Positions 1 through 8,559 of a DNA stretch of 64,000 bases are shown in pieces. Under the pieces are notes generated by a model. It was not told the origin of the DNA. It did no database searches and saw nothing but the letters and a program-made list of their open reading frames with translations. A program made the translations under genes and the position numbers. This DNA comes from an uncultured Clostridia bacterium (GTDB lineage: Bacteria; Bacillota; Clostridia; Christensenellales; UBA1242). Each line of letters opens with the position of its first letter. Positions within the stretch are counted from its first letter, which is position 1. The stretch lies in NCBI GenBank assembly GCA_944372585.1, contig CALVZQ010000001.1:6512-70511 (forward strand), written 5' to 3'.

Positions 1-1
1 T

Positions 2-1015
2 GCAACAAGAGCGGATTCAAATTCAAGTGCGGACATAAATTTTATCTATGGTGCAGTTGATCCACTTTCTCCAACCTCTGCTTTGTCAGATGAAACAGCA
101 ATGAGAGAATATTTGACTGAACTTTACAACGATGTGTACAGCGATACAACTGTTGATGAAATTGTTGCTGCAGCAATGTCATCATATGAAAGGGGATTTG
201 CGGAAAAAGCAACAGAATTGTCAATTGAAAATCCTGATTTGATCATCAATGAGGGAGACCGTCCTGTTGTGGACTACAACGATCCACAAATTCAGAGTGC
301 TGTTGCAAGTGCGGTTTCAAAATTGTCTACAAACGGAAAGAAGTATGGTGCAGAAGAAATTAATATTGCTTATGGCTCTTATAAAGAGCAAGTGATTTAT
401 GCAAATACGACTGATGGAAAGTATCTTTTTGCAATCGATTTGACAAATGGTGGAAAAGATATGTCAGAGATTGATTCAACTGCAAATATGCTTGAAAAAA
501 TTCAAAATGTTGACAATTGCAAAGAAAGCGCTCAATTGGATTTCATTGTTAGAAACCTTAACGTAGGAAAAGTGCTTGATTATTATAAAAACTCATACGC
601 AAGCGAAAACAGCGTTACAAATCCTCAGATTTATATCTCTGATTACATTGTTCTTGAACAATCAGATGACAATTCTAATAAGTTTGAAATTTCTCCAACA
701 ATTACCATTGTAAGCAACAACGGTGGAAAAATTGAAGAAAGTGATTTGTCAACAGTTAGAGTTAATGCTGGAGAAAAATCATCAATAAGTGAAATGGTTG
801 CAGTTTCAGTGTTTGGTGATGCAGTTGTTGATCAATTCCCTTATTATGAAACGGTCTCAAGAGATTCAAACAATAAGATTTATGAAGATAATGATTTGAT
901 AGTTGACGATGCGACGACCAGTTTGACAGTTGATTATTCAACAGAAACGACCGCTCAAAGCACTTCTTTGACTGAAAAAACTGGAAATAATCACAACAAA
1001 GAAAAAACTTTATAA
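2..1015 (+). CDS. hypothetical protein, 5' end outside window
   Basis: The reading frame is open from nt 2. The track start at 83 is an internal TTG. A rho-independent terminator follows. No recognisable motifs. Confidence 0.55.
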   Translation, partial: ATRADSNSSADINFIYGAVDPLSPTSALSDETAMREYLTELYNDVYSDTTVDEIVAAAMSSYERGFAEKATELSIENPDLIINEGDRPVVDYNDPQIQSAVASAVSKLSTNGKKYGAEEINIAYGSYKEQVIYANTTDGKYLFAIDLTNGGKDMSEIDSTANMLEKIQNVDNCKESAQLDFIVRNLNVGKVLDYYKNSYASENSVTNPQIYISDYIVLEQSDDNSNKFEISPTITIVSNNGGKIEESDLSTVRVNAGEKSSISEMVAVSVFGDAVVDQFPYYETVSRDSNNKIYEDNDLIVDDATTSLTVDYSTETTAQSTSLTEKTGNNHNKEKTL

Positions 1016-1022
1016 TTTTTGA

Positions 1023-1055
1023 AAGAATGTCTGTATTTTTAGACATTCTTTTTTT
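1023..1055 (+). terminator. rho-independent terminator
   Basis: 10-bp stem aagaatgtct/agacattctt followed by a T5 run. Confidence 0.75.
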
Positions 1056-1091
1056 ATGTCAAAATATTTTCAATTTTATTTGATTTTTTGG

Positions 1092-1120
1092 TTGACAAAC
1101 TGATTTTAGATGAATATACT
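1092..1120 (+). promoter_or_regulatory. sigma-70-type promoter of the cadC-cadA operon
   Basis: TTGACA (1092-1097), 17-nt spacer, TATACT (1115-1120). Confidence 0.6.
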
Positions 1121-1126
1121 GATAAT

Positions 1127-1157
1127 AGTTGAATAATTATTCAACTGTTATTCAACT
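1127..1157. promoter_or_regulatory. ArsR/SmtB-type operator palindrome
   Basis: Perfect 20-bp palindrome AGTTGAATAATTATTCAACT (1127-1146) plus an extra half-site GTTATTCAACT. It lies between the -10 and the RBS of the ArsR-family gene. Confidence 0.6.
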
Positions 1158-1171
1158 AAGAAGAGGTATCA

Positions 1172-1537
1172 ATGGGAAAAAAAGAAATGATGTGCGATTG
1201 CGAAGTTATACACGAAGACATTGTTGAAAAGGCAAAAAGAGACATGGCGAATGAGGACATTTTGCTGAATATTGCAGATTTCTATAAAGCATTATCTGAT
1301 AGCACAAGAATCAAAATAATAAATTTGTTGGACGGACATGAATTGTGCGTATGTGATATTTCTGTGGTTTTGAATATGACAAAGTCCGCAGTTTCTCATC
1401 AACTTAAGAATTTGAGAGAGATGCATTTGATCAAATGTCGAAGAGATGGAAAAGAAATTCTGTATAGTTTGGCTGACAACCATGTCAAAGAAGTTTTTGA
1501 AATCAGCATGGAACATATTTTGGAGAAGATAAAATGA
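1172..1537 (+). CDS. cadC: ArsR/SmtB-family metalloregulator, CadC-like
   Basis: Winged-HTH signature (STRIKIINLL, ELCVCDIS, SAVSHQLKNL), an N-terminal CDC pair and a CVC pair. ATGA overlap with the downstream ATPase. Confidence 0.8.
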   Translation: MGKKEMMCDCEVIHEDIVEKAKRDMANEDILLNIADFYKALSDSTRIKIINLLDGHELCVCDISVVLNMTKSAVSHQLKNLREMHLIKCRRDGKEILYSLADNHVKEVFEISMEHILEKIK

Positions 1538-3621
1538 AGAAAACTGTTAAGATTCAAGGATTGGATTGTCCTAATTGTGCAAAGGCATTAGAAAAAGAAT
1601 TAAACAAAATTGATGATGTTGACAATGTTGAAATAGATTTTTTAAAATCAGCTTTATCATTTGAAAGCAATGATGTCGACAAAGCATTTTGCAATATTGT
1701 CAAGACCACGAAAACGATTGAACCTGATGTCAAACTTATTGATGAAAACAAAAACAAAGACAAAACCAAATCAAAATCATTAAATCGCAAATTAATCCTA
1801 GATGTATGCTTGCTTTTTGCAGGAATAGTCTTGGGTTTGTGTGTTCTTTTTGTTGAAATGCCTGTTTGGCTGTTTTGGACATTGTTTGTGATCAGTGCTT
1901 TGTTTTTGGGCTACAAAACTTATTTCAAGGCAATTAGGCTGCTCTTCAAAGGAACTGTCAATGAAAATCTCTTGATCACTATTTCAGTGATCGGAGCATC
2001 TGCCATTGGTGAATATATGGAAGGGCTTATGGTTATTGCGCTCTATTCCATAGGCAAAATTTTGGAAGGTGTTGCAGTTGATAAATCCAGAAAATCAATA
2101 GAAAAGCTTACTCAAATGCAACCAGAATTTGCTGTTGTCATTGAAGATGGTGTTGAAAAAAGTGTTGCGCCTTCAGAAGTTTCTGTAAATTCGATAATAA
2201 TTGTCAGACCTGGAGAAAAAATACCCATTGATGGAAAAATTATTGAGGGTGGTGCATCTTTGGATATGCAAAGCTTGACCGGAGAAAGTGTTCCTGTCTT
2301 TGTTGACGTCGGAAAAGAAGTCCTGTCGGGCTCAATTGTCTTAGATGGAGTGCTTAAGATTCAAACAACGAAAGAATATGCGGATAGCACAGTAAAAAAA
2401 ATTATGGACTTAATCGAACATGCTCAAGATAAGAAATCTAAAACAGAAACTGTGATTTCCAAAATTGCTCGTTGGTACACATTGGGTGTTATTGTCTTGG
2501 CTGTCACTGTTTGGGGCATTGTTTGGGCTGTGACAAAAAATTTTGATGAAGCGTTGTATCGTGGACTTATTTTCCTTGTTGTTTCTTGTCCTTGTGCTTT
2601 TGCCATTTCTGTGCCTTTGTCATATTTCTCTGGACTGGGGAATGCATCAAAACACGGAATTTTGATTAAGGGGTCAAACTATTTAGATGCTTGCGCAAAA
2701 ATAAATGTGGTTGCGTTTGACAAAACAGGAACTCTGACAACAGGAAATTTTATAATTCAAAAAGTTGTCAGCCTGGATAGTTCGAAAGATGAAGATGAAA
2801 TTCTTTATTTGGCGAGTTTGGGTGAACAATATTCTTTGCACCCACTGGCAAAAGCCATTGTTTCTGCAAATAAAAAAAAGTTGCAAAAAGTAGATGACCT
2901 AAAAGAGAAAGCGGGGGAAGGTGTTTATTTTAAATTCAATGAAAAGAATTACTTTGTTGGAAGAAGAAGTAAAAATTCAAAAAATACCATTGTTGAGGTC
3001 TTTGAAAATGAAGAGAAAATTGGAGAAATTGAGCTTGATGATGATATAAAGAAGAGTTCCTATATCGCTTGTCAAGAATTGAAATCTCTGGGGGTTAAGA
3101 CTGTTATGTTGTCTGGCGACAACGAACTTAGTGCTGTTCGCGTGGCAAACGAAATTGGAATCGATGAGGTTCATCACAATCTTCTCCCTCAGGAAAAATT
3201 TGAATGGATTGAAAATGCAAAAACAGACAAGAAGAACTTTATTGGATATGTTGGAGATGGAATCAATGATGCCCCTTCACTTATGCTTTCTGATGTTGGA
3301 ATAAGCATGGGGATTAATGGAAGTGGTGCAAGCAAAGAGGTTTCTGATATTATCTTGGTTGATGACGATCCTTCAAAAGTTCCTTCTGCAATAAAAATTT
3401 CAAAATATACAAGAAAAATTGTTTGGGAAAATATAATTCTGTCTGCTGTTGTCAAAATAACTTTCTTGCTTTTGGGAACCTTTGGTGTGACTGGTATGCT
3501 TTTCGCAGTTTTTGCTGATGTGGGAGTTACTGTGCTTGCAATCTTAAACAGCATGAGGGCGTTGAAATATAAACCAAACAAAAAAGCAAAGAATTTTGAA
3601 GAAAAAAATAAAACGCGCTAG
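1534..3621 (+). CDS. cadA: heavy-metal-translocating P1B-type ATPase (Cd/Zn type)
   Basis: HMA domain GLDCPNC, membrane CPC motif (VSCPCAF), DKTGTLT phosphorylation site and VGDGINDAP hinge. Confidence 0.9.
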   Translation: MKKTVKIQGLDCPNCAKALEKELNKIDDVDNVEIDFLKSALSFESNDVDKAFCNIVKTTKTIEPDVKLIDENKNKDKTKSKSLNRKLILDVCLLFAGIVLGLCVLFVEMPVWLFWTLFVISALFLGYKTYFKAIRLLFKGTVNENLLITISVIGASAIGEYMEGLMVIALYSIGKILEGVAVDKSRKSIEKLTQMQPEFAVVIEDGVEKSVAPSEVSVNSIIIVRPGEKIPIDGKIIEGGASLDMQSLTGESVPVFVDVGKEVLSGSIVLDGVLKIQTTKEYADSTVKKIMDLIEHAQDKKSKTETVISKIARWYTLGVIVLAVTVWGIVWAVTKNFDEALYRGLIFLVVSCPCAFAISVPLSYFSGLGNASKHGILIKGSNYLDACAKINVVAFDKTGTLTTGNFIIQKVVSLDSSKDEDEILYLASLGEQYSLHPLAKAIVSANKKKLQKVDDLKEKAGEGVYFKFNEKNYFVGRRSKNSKNTIVEVFENEEKIGEIELDDDIKKSSYIACQELKSLGVKTVMLSGDNELSAVRVANEIGIDEVHHNLLPQEKFEWIENAKTDKKNFIGYVGDGINDAPSLMLSDVGISMGINGSGASKEVSDIILVDDDPSKVPSAIKISKYTRKIVWENIILSAVVKITFLLLGTFGVTGMLFAVFADVGVTVLAILNSMRALKYKPNKKAKNFEEKNKTR

Positions 3622-3648
3622 TCAATAATTTTCAAACTAATATAAAAA

Positions 3649-3679
3649 ATAGTGGTAAAATATTGCCACTATTTTTTTT
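3649..3679. terminator. bidirectional rho-independent terminator
   Basis: Stem atagtgg/ccactat flanked by an A-run and a T-run, between convergent cadA and flavodoxin. Confidence 0.65.
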
Positions 3680-3712
3680 CTATTTTAAAAACTATGAGCT
3701 TTGATGCATGTT

Positions 3713-4186
3713 TTATTTTATATTCTCAATCCATTTTGAAATGACATGCTGTGGAGTCAAAAGATTTTTCCCTTCAAATTCCAGATTTAAACCATCTCTG
3801 ACTGTGCAATCTTTGCAAGCGTTTTCAAAATCTTTAAATGTGTGACCAAGCCAACCGGCATTTGTTGCAAAAGGATATACTGTTTTGTTTTTAAGACTGT
3901 TTTCGTTTAAAAATGTTTTCATTGCAGGAGCAAATGTATACCACCAAACAGGACTGCCCAAGATTATGATATCATACTTTTCCAAATCTAAAGAAATAGG
4001 TTTGATTTTTGGCATAAAACCAGTTTCAACTTCTTTCTTCCCTTGGTCAACAACAGAATTGTAATTTCCGGTATAAGCGTTTTCTGTTTCAATTTCGACA
4101 ATGTCTGCCTTTAATGTTTTTGCAATTTGTTCTGCAATTTTTTTTGTGTTTCCAGTGTAAGAATAATAGACAACAATTGTTTTCAT
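3713..4186 (-). CDS. flavodoxin
   Basis: MKTIVVYYSYTGNTKKIAEQIA FMN-binding N-terminus. 157 aa. Strong RBS aaaaaggag. Confidence 0.8.
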   Translation of the reverse strand: MKTIVVYYSYTGNTKKIAEQIAKTLKADIVEIETENAYTGNYNSVVDQGKKEVETGFMPKIKPISLDLEKYDIIILGSPVWWYTFAPAMKTFLNENSLKNKTVYPFATNAGWLGHTFKDFENACKDCTVRDGLNLEFEGKNLLTPQHVISKWIENIK

Positions 4187-4356
4187 ATTTTTCTCCTTTT
4201 TTTGTTGTTTTAAATCAATCTTCCAGACATTTTTCAGTCAATGTCAGTTTTTTGTTCTCGCAATCAAGTGTGCACTCAATACCATATGGAATTATTGTAA
4301 TAGGACTTGCATGACCAAAGTTTTCTTAATCTTTTTTGGTTTAATCATATTTACTC

Positions 4357-4758
4357 CTAATTATCACGAATTGAACTTAATTTGCTTAGATTTTTTGATA
4401 GTGATATTGTTTCTTTTGAAATTTTTATAAGAATATTGTCCACTGCAACATAATTTTGAAAGTCCAATTCAAAGCCAAGTTTTCTTATTTCATCTTGTAT
4501 GTAATGCAATTGAATACAATGTGGTGATTTATCTACACTTGCAAAGATCATTCTTTTTATTTTCTTTGCTCTAATCATACCCAAAATTTTTGTGATTGCC
4601 ATGTTGATATGAGTTTGTTCCAAACATAAATCAAAAATTGGCAAATTCAATTTTTCAAGCACATCAAAGGCTTTTGGTTGCATTGTCTTCAAACAACTTC
4701 CAACAATCACAATTTCATCAGAACAATCATAAATATTGCTTTTCAACAAATCTTTCAT
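4357..4758 (-). CDS. hypothetical Cys-containing protein
   Basis: 133-aa ORF from the ATG with a GAAGGA RBS (the track uses an upstream GTG at 4773). No assignable motif. Confidence 0.5.
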   Translation of the reverse strand: MKDLLKSNIYDCSDEIVIVGSCLKTMQPKAFDVLEKLNLPIFDLCLEQTHINMAITKILGMIRAKKIKRMIFASVDKSPHCIQLHYIQDEIRKLGFELDFQNYVAVDNILIKISKETISLSKNLSKLSSIRDN

Positions 4759-4802
4759 AAAACATTCCTTCACAAATCAATATACCACAAAACTTTATTT
4801 TG

Positions 4803-5130
4803 TCAAAACAAAAGAGAGAAGTGTTGAATTGGAACTCTATTTTTATTACCTTAATTATTGGATTTGAAAGGATATAAGTGAGTAGAAGTAATCTTTTATT
4901 TGATTACCTCAATCTCTCCGTTGAAAATTTTTAACGGAACATCGGTATTTAAAACAAAATTTGTATCATTAAGAATTTTTTTATATAAGTCAATAAGTTT
5001 AACTGCTTTTTCCTTTGTAAAAGATACATATCCGTCATAATGTTCAAGTAGCTTTGCACCTAAATATTTTCGATATTGATAAATACTGTGGGCATTTACG
5101 TCTTTAAAAAATTTATTGTATTTTAAACAA
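4803..5130. repeat. 328-bp direct repeat, copy 1
   Basis: Matches 7126-7453 at a constant offset of 2323 nt with only a handful of mismatches. Covers the last ~78 codons of the 512-aa gene plus ~93 nt downstream. Confidence 0.9.
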
Positions 5131-6434
5131 ATTATATATTTCAGTCCTACATCTTCACTAATCGTTTTAATAATATTTAATTGTTTTGACAAGTTTTTCT
5201 CTAATTCTAGTTCTTTTACTTTACTGTTAAATTCTTCTTTATAATAATCAATGACATCAGATACTGATGGCAAAGATTTTTGTTTAAAAAATTTTTTTGC
5301 TTGCCAAGAATTAGGGTGTGCTTCATTGACTATTTCTATTAATGTAGTCATTGGATTTTTTGTAGCATCTTTATCTATAAATTTTAAAATGTTTTTATTT
5401 TCTTGTTTTAAGGTATAATAATTTTTCGTGCTGTACTTTAAAGTCACATAAAAGTCTGGGAAATATCTTTTGCCGTTTCTAATAATGAATTTTCGATTTA
5501 TTAAAGGATTTTTTCTTTTTAGATATGATTTTATATTTGGTAAAACAATTTTATCAGCATCATCTTTGAATTCATCTAAGTCGTATATAAAATGCACTTT
5601 ATCAAAATAGCTCAAAAGCATATCAAAAAGACTCTCGTCATTGTTGAAATGATGAATATTTTTTGCTTCTATAGCTTTGTAATATATCAAATTTTTGAAA
5701 TCTTTAGAAACAATATTTTCCCACAGTTTTTTGAAATCGTGTATAACAAATTTCTTTTCAGTTTTGCTAAACTTAAATTCTTTTATTTCCTTTTTTACAT
5801 TTCTTAGACAGGCTTTAAAATCCTTTCTGTAATAAGCATACCTATCATATTTGAAGATGTCCTGTTTATAATAATCTGATCGTGAAGCAAATCGTGCAAA
5901 AAATTCAGGAGACTGTATGGCATAAAAACAAGCAGAACTAGGGTAAGTCGTTACCCAAAAATTATTTTCTTCAAAGTCTTTTATTCCACTTTGAAACGCT
6001 TTATAAACATTATGTTTTTGATATATATTATCAATTTCCTTGCAAAGTTCAATATTGATACATTTTTTGTTTGAGACGCAGTTTTCGATTGTCATTGATG
6101 AATTTGAGCCATGAAATAAAATTTGTGTATTGCCTAAAATACCATTAAAATACTCTTCTACTTTGCCTTTTTGCTTGTAAATATTTTTTACATTTAATTT
6201 TTGAGAAAGTTTTTTAGATAGGTAAGTTTCTTTATCTATATAAATTTCTTTCAGCTCGTCAGGCAAAATGTCTACAACAAAACTAAGTGTAATGATATCA
6301 GCAAAATAGTATCTAAATGAATTCGTAACATTTTTGTTTAAGCACATTCTAAAATCGTTTTGCTTAGCAATATCGGACAAAATACTTTTTATTTGTTCAC
6401 TACAAAATAAATTATTAATATCATTGGTTAGCAT
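4896..6434 (-). CDS. hypothetical protein, 512 aa, very AT-rich
   Basis: Long uninterrupted ORF with a GGGAGAAA RBS. Asn/Lys/Tyr/Phe-rich. No motif I can assign. Confidence 0.7.
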   Translation of the reverse strand: MLTNDINNLFCSEQIKSILSDIAKQNDFRMCLNKNVTNSFRYYFADIITLSFVVDILPDELKEIYIDKETYLSKKLSQKLNVKNIYKQKGKVEEYFNGILGNTQILFHGSNSSMTIENCVSNKKCINIELCKEIDNIYQKHNVYKAFQSGIKDFEENNFWVTTYPSSACFYAIQSPEFFARFASRSDYYKQDIFKYDRYAYYRKDFKACLRNVKKEIKEFKFSKTEKKFVIHDFKKLWENIVSKDFKNLIYYKAIEAKNIHHFNNDESLFDMLLSYFDKVHFIYDLDEFKDDADKIVLPNIKSYLKRKNPLINRKFIIRNGKRYFPDFYVTLKYSTKNYYTLKQENKNILKFIDKDATKNPMTTLIEIVNEAHPNSWQAKKFFKQKSLPSVSDVIDYYKEEFNSKVKELELEKNLSKQLNIIKTISEDVGLKYIICLKYNKFFKDVNAHSIYQYRKYLGAKLLEHYDGYVSFTKEKAVKLIDLYKKILNDTNFVLNTDVPLKIFNGEIEVIK

Positions 6435-6553
6435 TAATTTTCTCCCATATATTATCGGAATTTAATAGTTAAAACGTGGTGCGACAAGTGATAAAGTATC
6501 TGGACCGACTACAAGTCAAAGTCGGTGTTGACTACATACGGTTGCAAGTAAAG

Positions 6554-7078
6554 CTAAGATAAAGTCTTTTTATAAAAATTCGTGTCATCACAACCTTTAT
6601 ACAAAGTATTTTCATATAAAGTGAAATTATTGTTTATCAGAACCTTATTTGAACCCTTATTTTTAATATCACACTGTGCAAATATTTCTTTCATACCAAG
6701 CTCTTTTGCTCTTTCACATAACAATTCTACAAACTTTGTAGCAAAACCCTTTCCACGTTCTGACGGTCTTGTTTTATACCAAATGTTCCCGCTGTGCCTT
6801 TTCCAATAATTGTTAAGTTTAAATCTAAGACCACCAATACAAACGGGTTTGTCATTTACATATAAAATATAATTTTCAGCAGGTAATATATTTCGACTTA
6901 GTGTCAAAGAATACGCTACTCGCATTCTTGCATTGATTTCTTCCACAATCTCTTTTCGTGTTTTTCCATAGTATTCATTAGTTTGACCATATTCATCAGT
7001 TTTTGGTATTTCTTGTAGCATATTGAAAAGTTCATCATTTAGCAAATTTGAACGAAGCTCTTTCAATTGATAATACAT
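6554..7078 (-). CDS. GNAT-family N-acetyltransferase
   Basis: Acetyl-CoA-binding core RPSERGKGFATKFVELLCERAKELG. 174 aa. GGGAGA RBS. Confidence 0.75.
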   Translation of the reverse strand: MYYQLKELRSNLLNDELFNMLQEIPKTDEYGQTNEYYGKTRKEIVEEINARMRVAYSLTLSRNILPAENYILYVNDKPVCIGGLRFKLNNYWKRHSGNIWYKTRPSERGKGFATKFVELLCERAKELGMKEIFAQCDIKNKGSNKVLINNNFTLYENTLYKGCDDTNFYKKTLS

Positions 7079-7125
7079 AAATGTCTCCCATGTCTGATAA
7101 TATTATAACATAATTTATTAGTATT

Positions 7126-7453
7126 TCAAAACAAAAGAGAGAAGTGTTGGATTGGACCTCTATTTTTATTACCTTAATTATTGGATTTGAAAGGATATAA
7201 GAGAGTAGAAGTAATCTTTTATTTGATTACCTCAATCTCTCCGTTGAAAATTTTTAACGGAACATCGGTATTTAAAACAAAATTTGTATCATTAAGAATT
7301 TTTTTATATAAGTCAATAAGTTTAACTGCTTTTTCCTTTGTAAAAGATACATATCCGTCATAATGTTCAAGTAGCTTTGCACCTAAATATTTTCGATATT
7401 GATAAATACTGTGGGCATTTACGTCTTTAAAGAATTTATTATATTTTAAACAA
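7126..7453. repeat. 328-bp direct repeat, copy 2
   Basis: See copy 1. It ends in a 3-nt overlap (caa) with a copy of the flavodoxin 5' end. Confidence 0.9.
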
Positions 7454-7502
7454 TTTTTTTGGTGTTTACAGTGTAAGAATAATAGACAACAATTGTTTTC
7501 AT
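7219..7502 (-). pseudogene. chimeric remnant: flavodoxin 5' fragment joined to a 3' fragment of the 512-aa gene
   Basis: 7451-7502 matches 4135-4186 (flavodoxin RBS-proximal 17 codons, 2 substitutions). 7219-7453 duplicates the C-terminal codons of the 512-aa gene. The flavodoxin frame hits TAA at the junction. Confidence 0.75.
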
Positions 7503-7594
7503 ATATCCTCCTTTCATATTTTTTACAAATTTGTTGCGACAACAATTTTGTTTAGGTTGGCATTTGTTTAAAGGTCAGAATAGAGTAACTTGGT

Positions 7595-8230
7595 TTACAA
7601 ATGATTTATTATTGATTTAACTTCTTCCAACAATTTGGCGATGAGAGAGCCATCAATTGCAGCATGATTAACTTGAAGAGAGACATTAATCCAACGCTCA
7701 CCTTTTTCGTTTGTTTTCACCTTGTCAAAGCTAATATGTGGAACGAAGGAGTTTCGTTGAACATCTTGAGGATGTGTTATATGTGTAAACTCAAACCAAG
7801 GTGTGCAAGATATATAGGCAATCACTTGACTTCTTCTTGCATCAGGAGGCAGTGGCTCAGTGAATGTAGTTTGATTTTGTAATTTGTTTTTGGTTTCATT
7901 GCAAAATGTTTCAATGTCCGAATGGTATACACCATTTATTATTTTGAAAATTTCTTCACCCTGTTTGTTTGCGCAAATGTTGACAAATTCACCATCTTCA
8001 ACAACAATTTTACCTTTGATTGAGCGTATCATGAATTCTTCAAATTTTAAAAGTGCAGAACAAAAGATATGGCACATGCAAAAGTAGAAAGACAGATCTT
8101 TTGATTTTGCAAATTCATAAACCCTAGACACTTTCAAAGGTGTGCAAAGTGAGATTTGCGGGATATCAAATTGATAGTATAAATTAAAAATATCCCTTCG
8201 GTTCCATGATTCTATATCTAATTCTCTCAT
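7595..8230 (-). CDS. chloramphenicol-acetyltransferase-family (CAT-like) protein
   Basis: CAT-fold landmarks: N-terminal WNRRDIFNLY, and C-terminal SLQVNHAAIDG matching the HHAVCDG catalytic box with the His kept. Start moved to the M with an AAAGGAAGG RBS. Confidence 0.7.
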   Translation of the reverse strand: MRELDIESWNRRDIFNLYYQFDIPQISLCTPLKVSRVYEFAKSKDLSFYFCMCHIFCSALLKFEEFMIRSIKGKIVVEDGEFVNICANKQGEEIFKIINGVYHSDIETFCNETKNKLQNQTTFTEPLPPDARRSQVIAYISCTPWFEFTHITHPQDVQRNSFVPHISFDKVKTNEKGERWINVSLQVNHAAIDGSLIAKLLEEVKSIINHL

Positions 8231-8341
8231 AAACCTTCCTTTCGAATTATAATATACTATAAAAGCAAATTTTTTCAAACTATTTTACTAAAACAAAAGT
8301 GATATGGAATTTAATTTATCTTTGCCTTTATTAATCTAATT

Positions 8342-8427
8342 TGGTGCAGAAGATGGGAGTTGAACCCACAAGATGTTGCCATCACAGGTACCTGAAACCT
8401 GCGCGTCTGCCATTCCGCCACTTCTGC
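8342..8427 (-). tRNA. tRNA-Leu (anticodon CAG)
   Basis: Manual cloverleaf: acceptor gcagaag/cttctgc, anticodon stem caggt/acctg with loop ttCAGgt, long variable arm (gatg..catc), T-arm gtggg-ttcaact-cccat, encoded CCA. Confidence 0.9.
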
Positions 8428-8530
8428 ATGTATGGTCTTATTATAATTTTTATGACATCTCTTGTCAAGAATAAAACTTTCTTTCTCTTTTAAAAATATT
8501 TTGAAAATCTTTTTTCTTATCAGAGATTTA

Positions 8531-8539
8531 TGTTATAAT
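8531..8539 (+). promoter_or_regulatory. extended -10 promoter element upstream of prs
   Basis: TGTTATAAT, 20 nt upstream of the AAGGGGTGGG RBS and ATG 8560. Confidence 0.45.
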
Positions 8540-8559
8540 GCTCTCATAAGGGGTGGGAT

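Noticed and set aside
4190-4351. Possible frameshifted small gene between the 133-aa gene and flavodoxin: MIKPKKIKKTLVMQVLLQ*, then in another frame ..GHASPITIIPYGIECTLDCENKKLTLTEKCLED*.
   Set aside because: There is no start codon for the second frame and no recognisable family. I cannot distinguish a decayed gene from non-coding spacer by eye.
5950-6130. LFHGSNSS in the 512-aa protein resembles the H-G-S of PARP-type ADP-ribosyltransferases (or an alpha/beta-hydrolase HG box).
   Set aside because: I could not align the downstream Tyr and Glu of an H-Y-E triad. A three-residue match is not evidence.
7219-7545. 108-aa ORF offered by the track as a gene.
   Set aside because: Its C-terminal 78 residues exactly duplicate the end of the 512-aa protein. 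Its N-terminus runs through an out-of-frame flavodoxin 5' fragment. It is better explained as a rearrangement remnant (annotated as a pseudogene).
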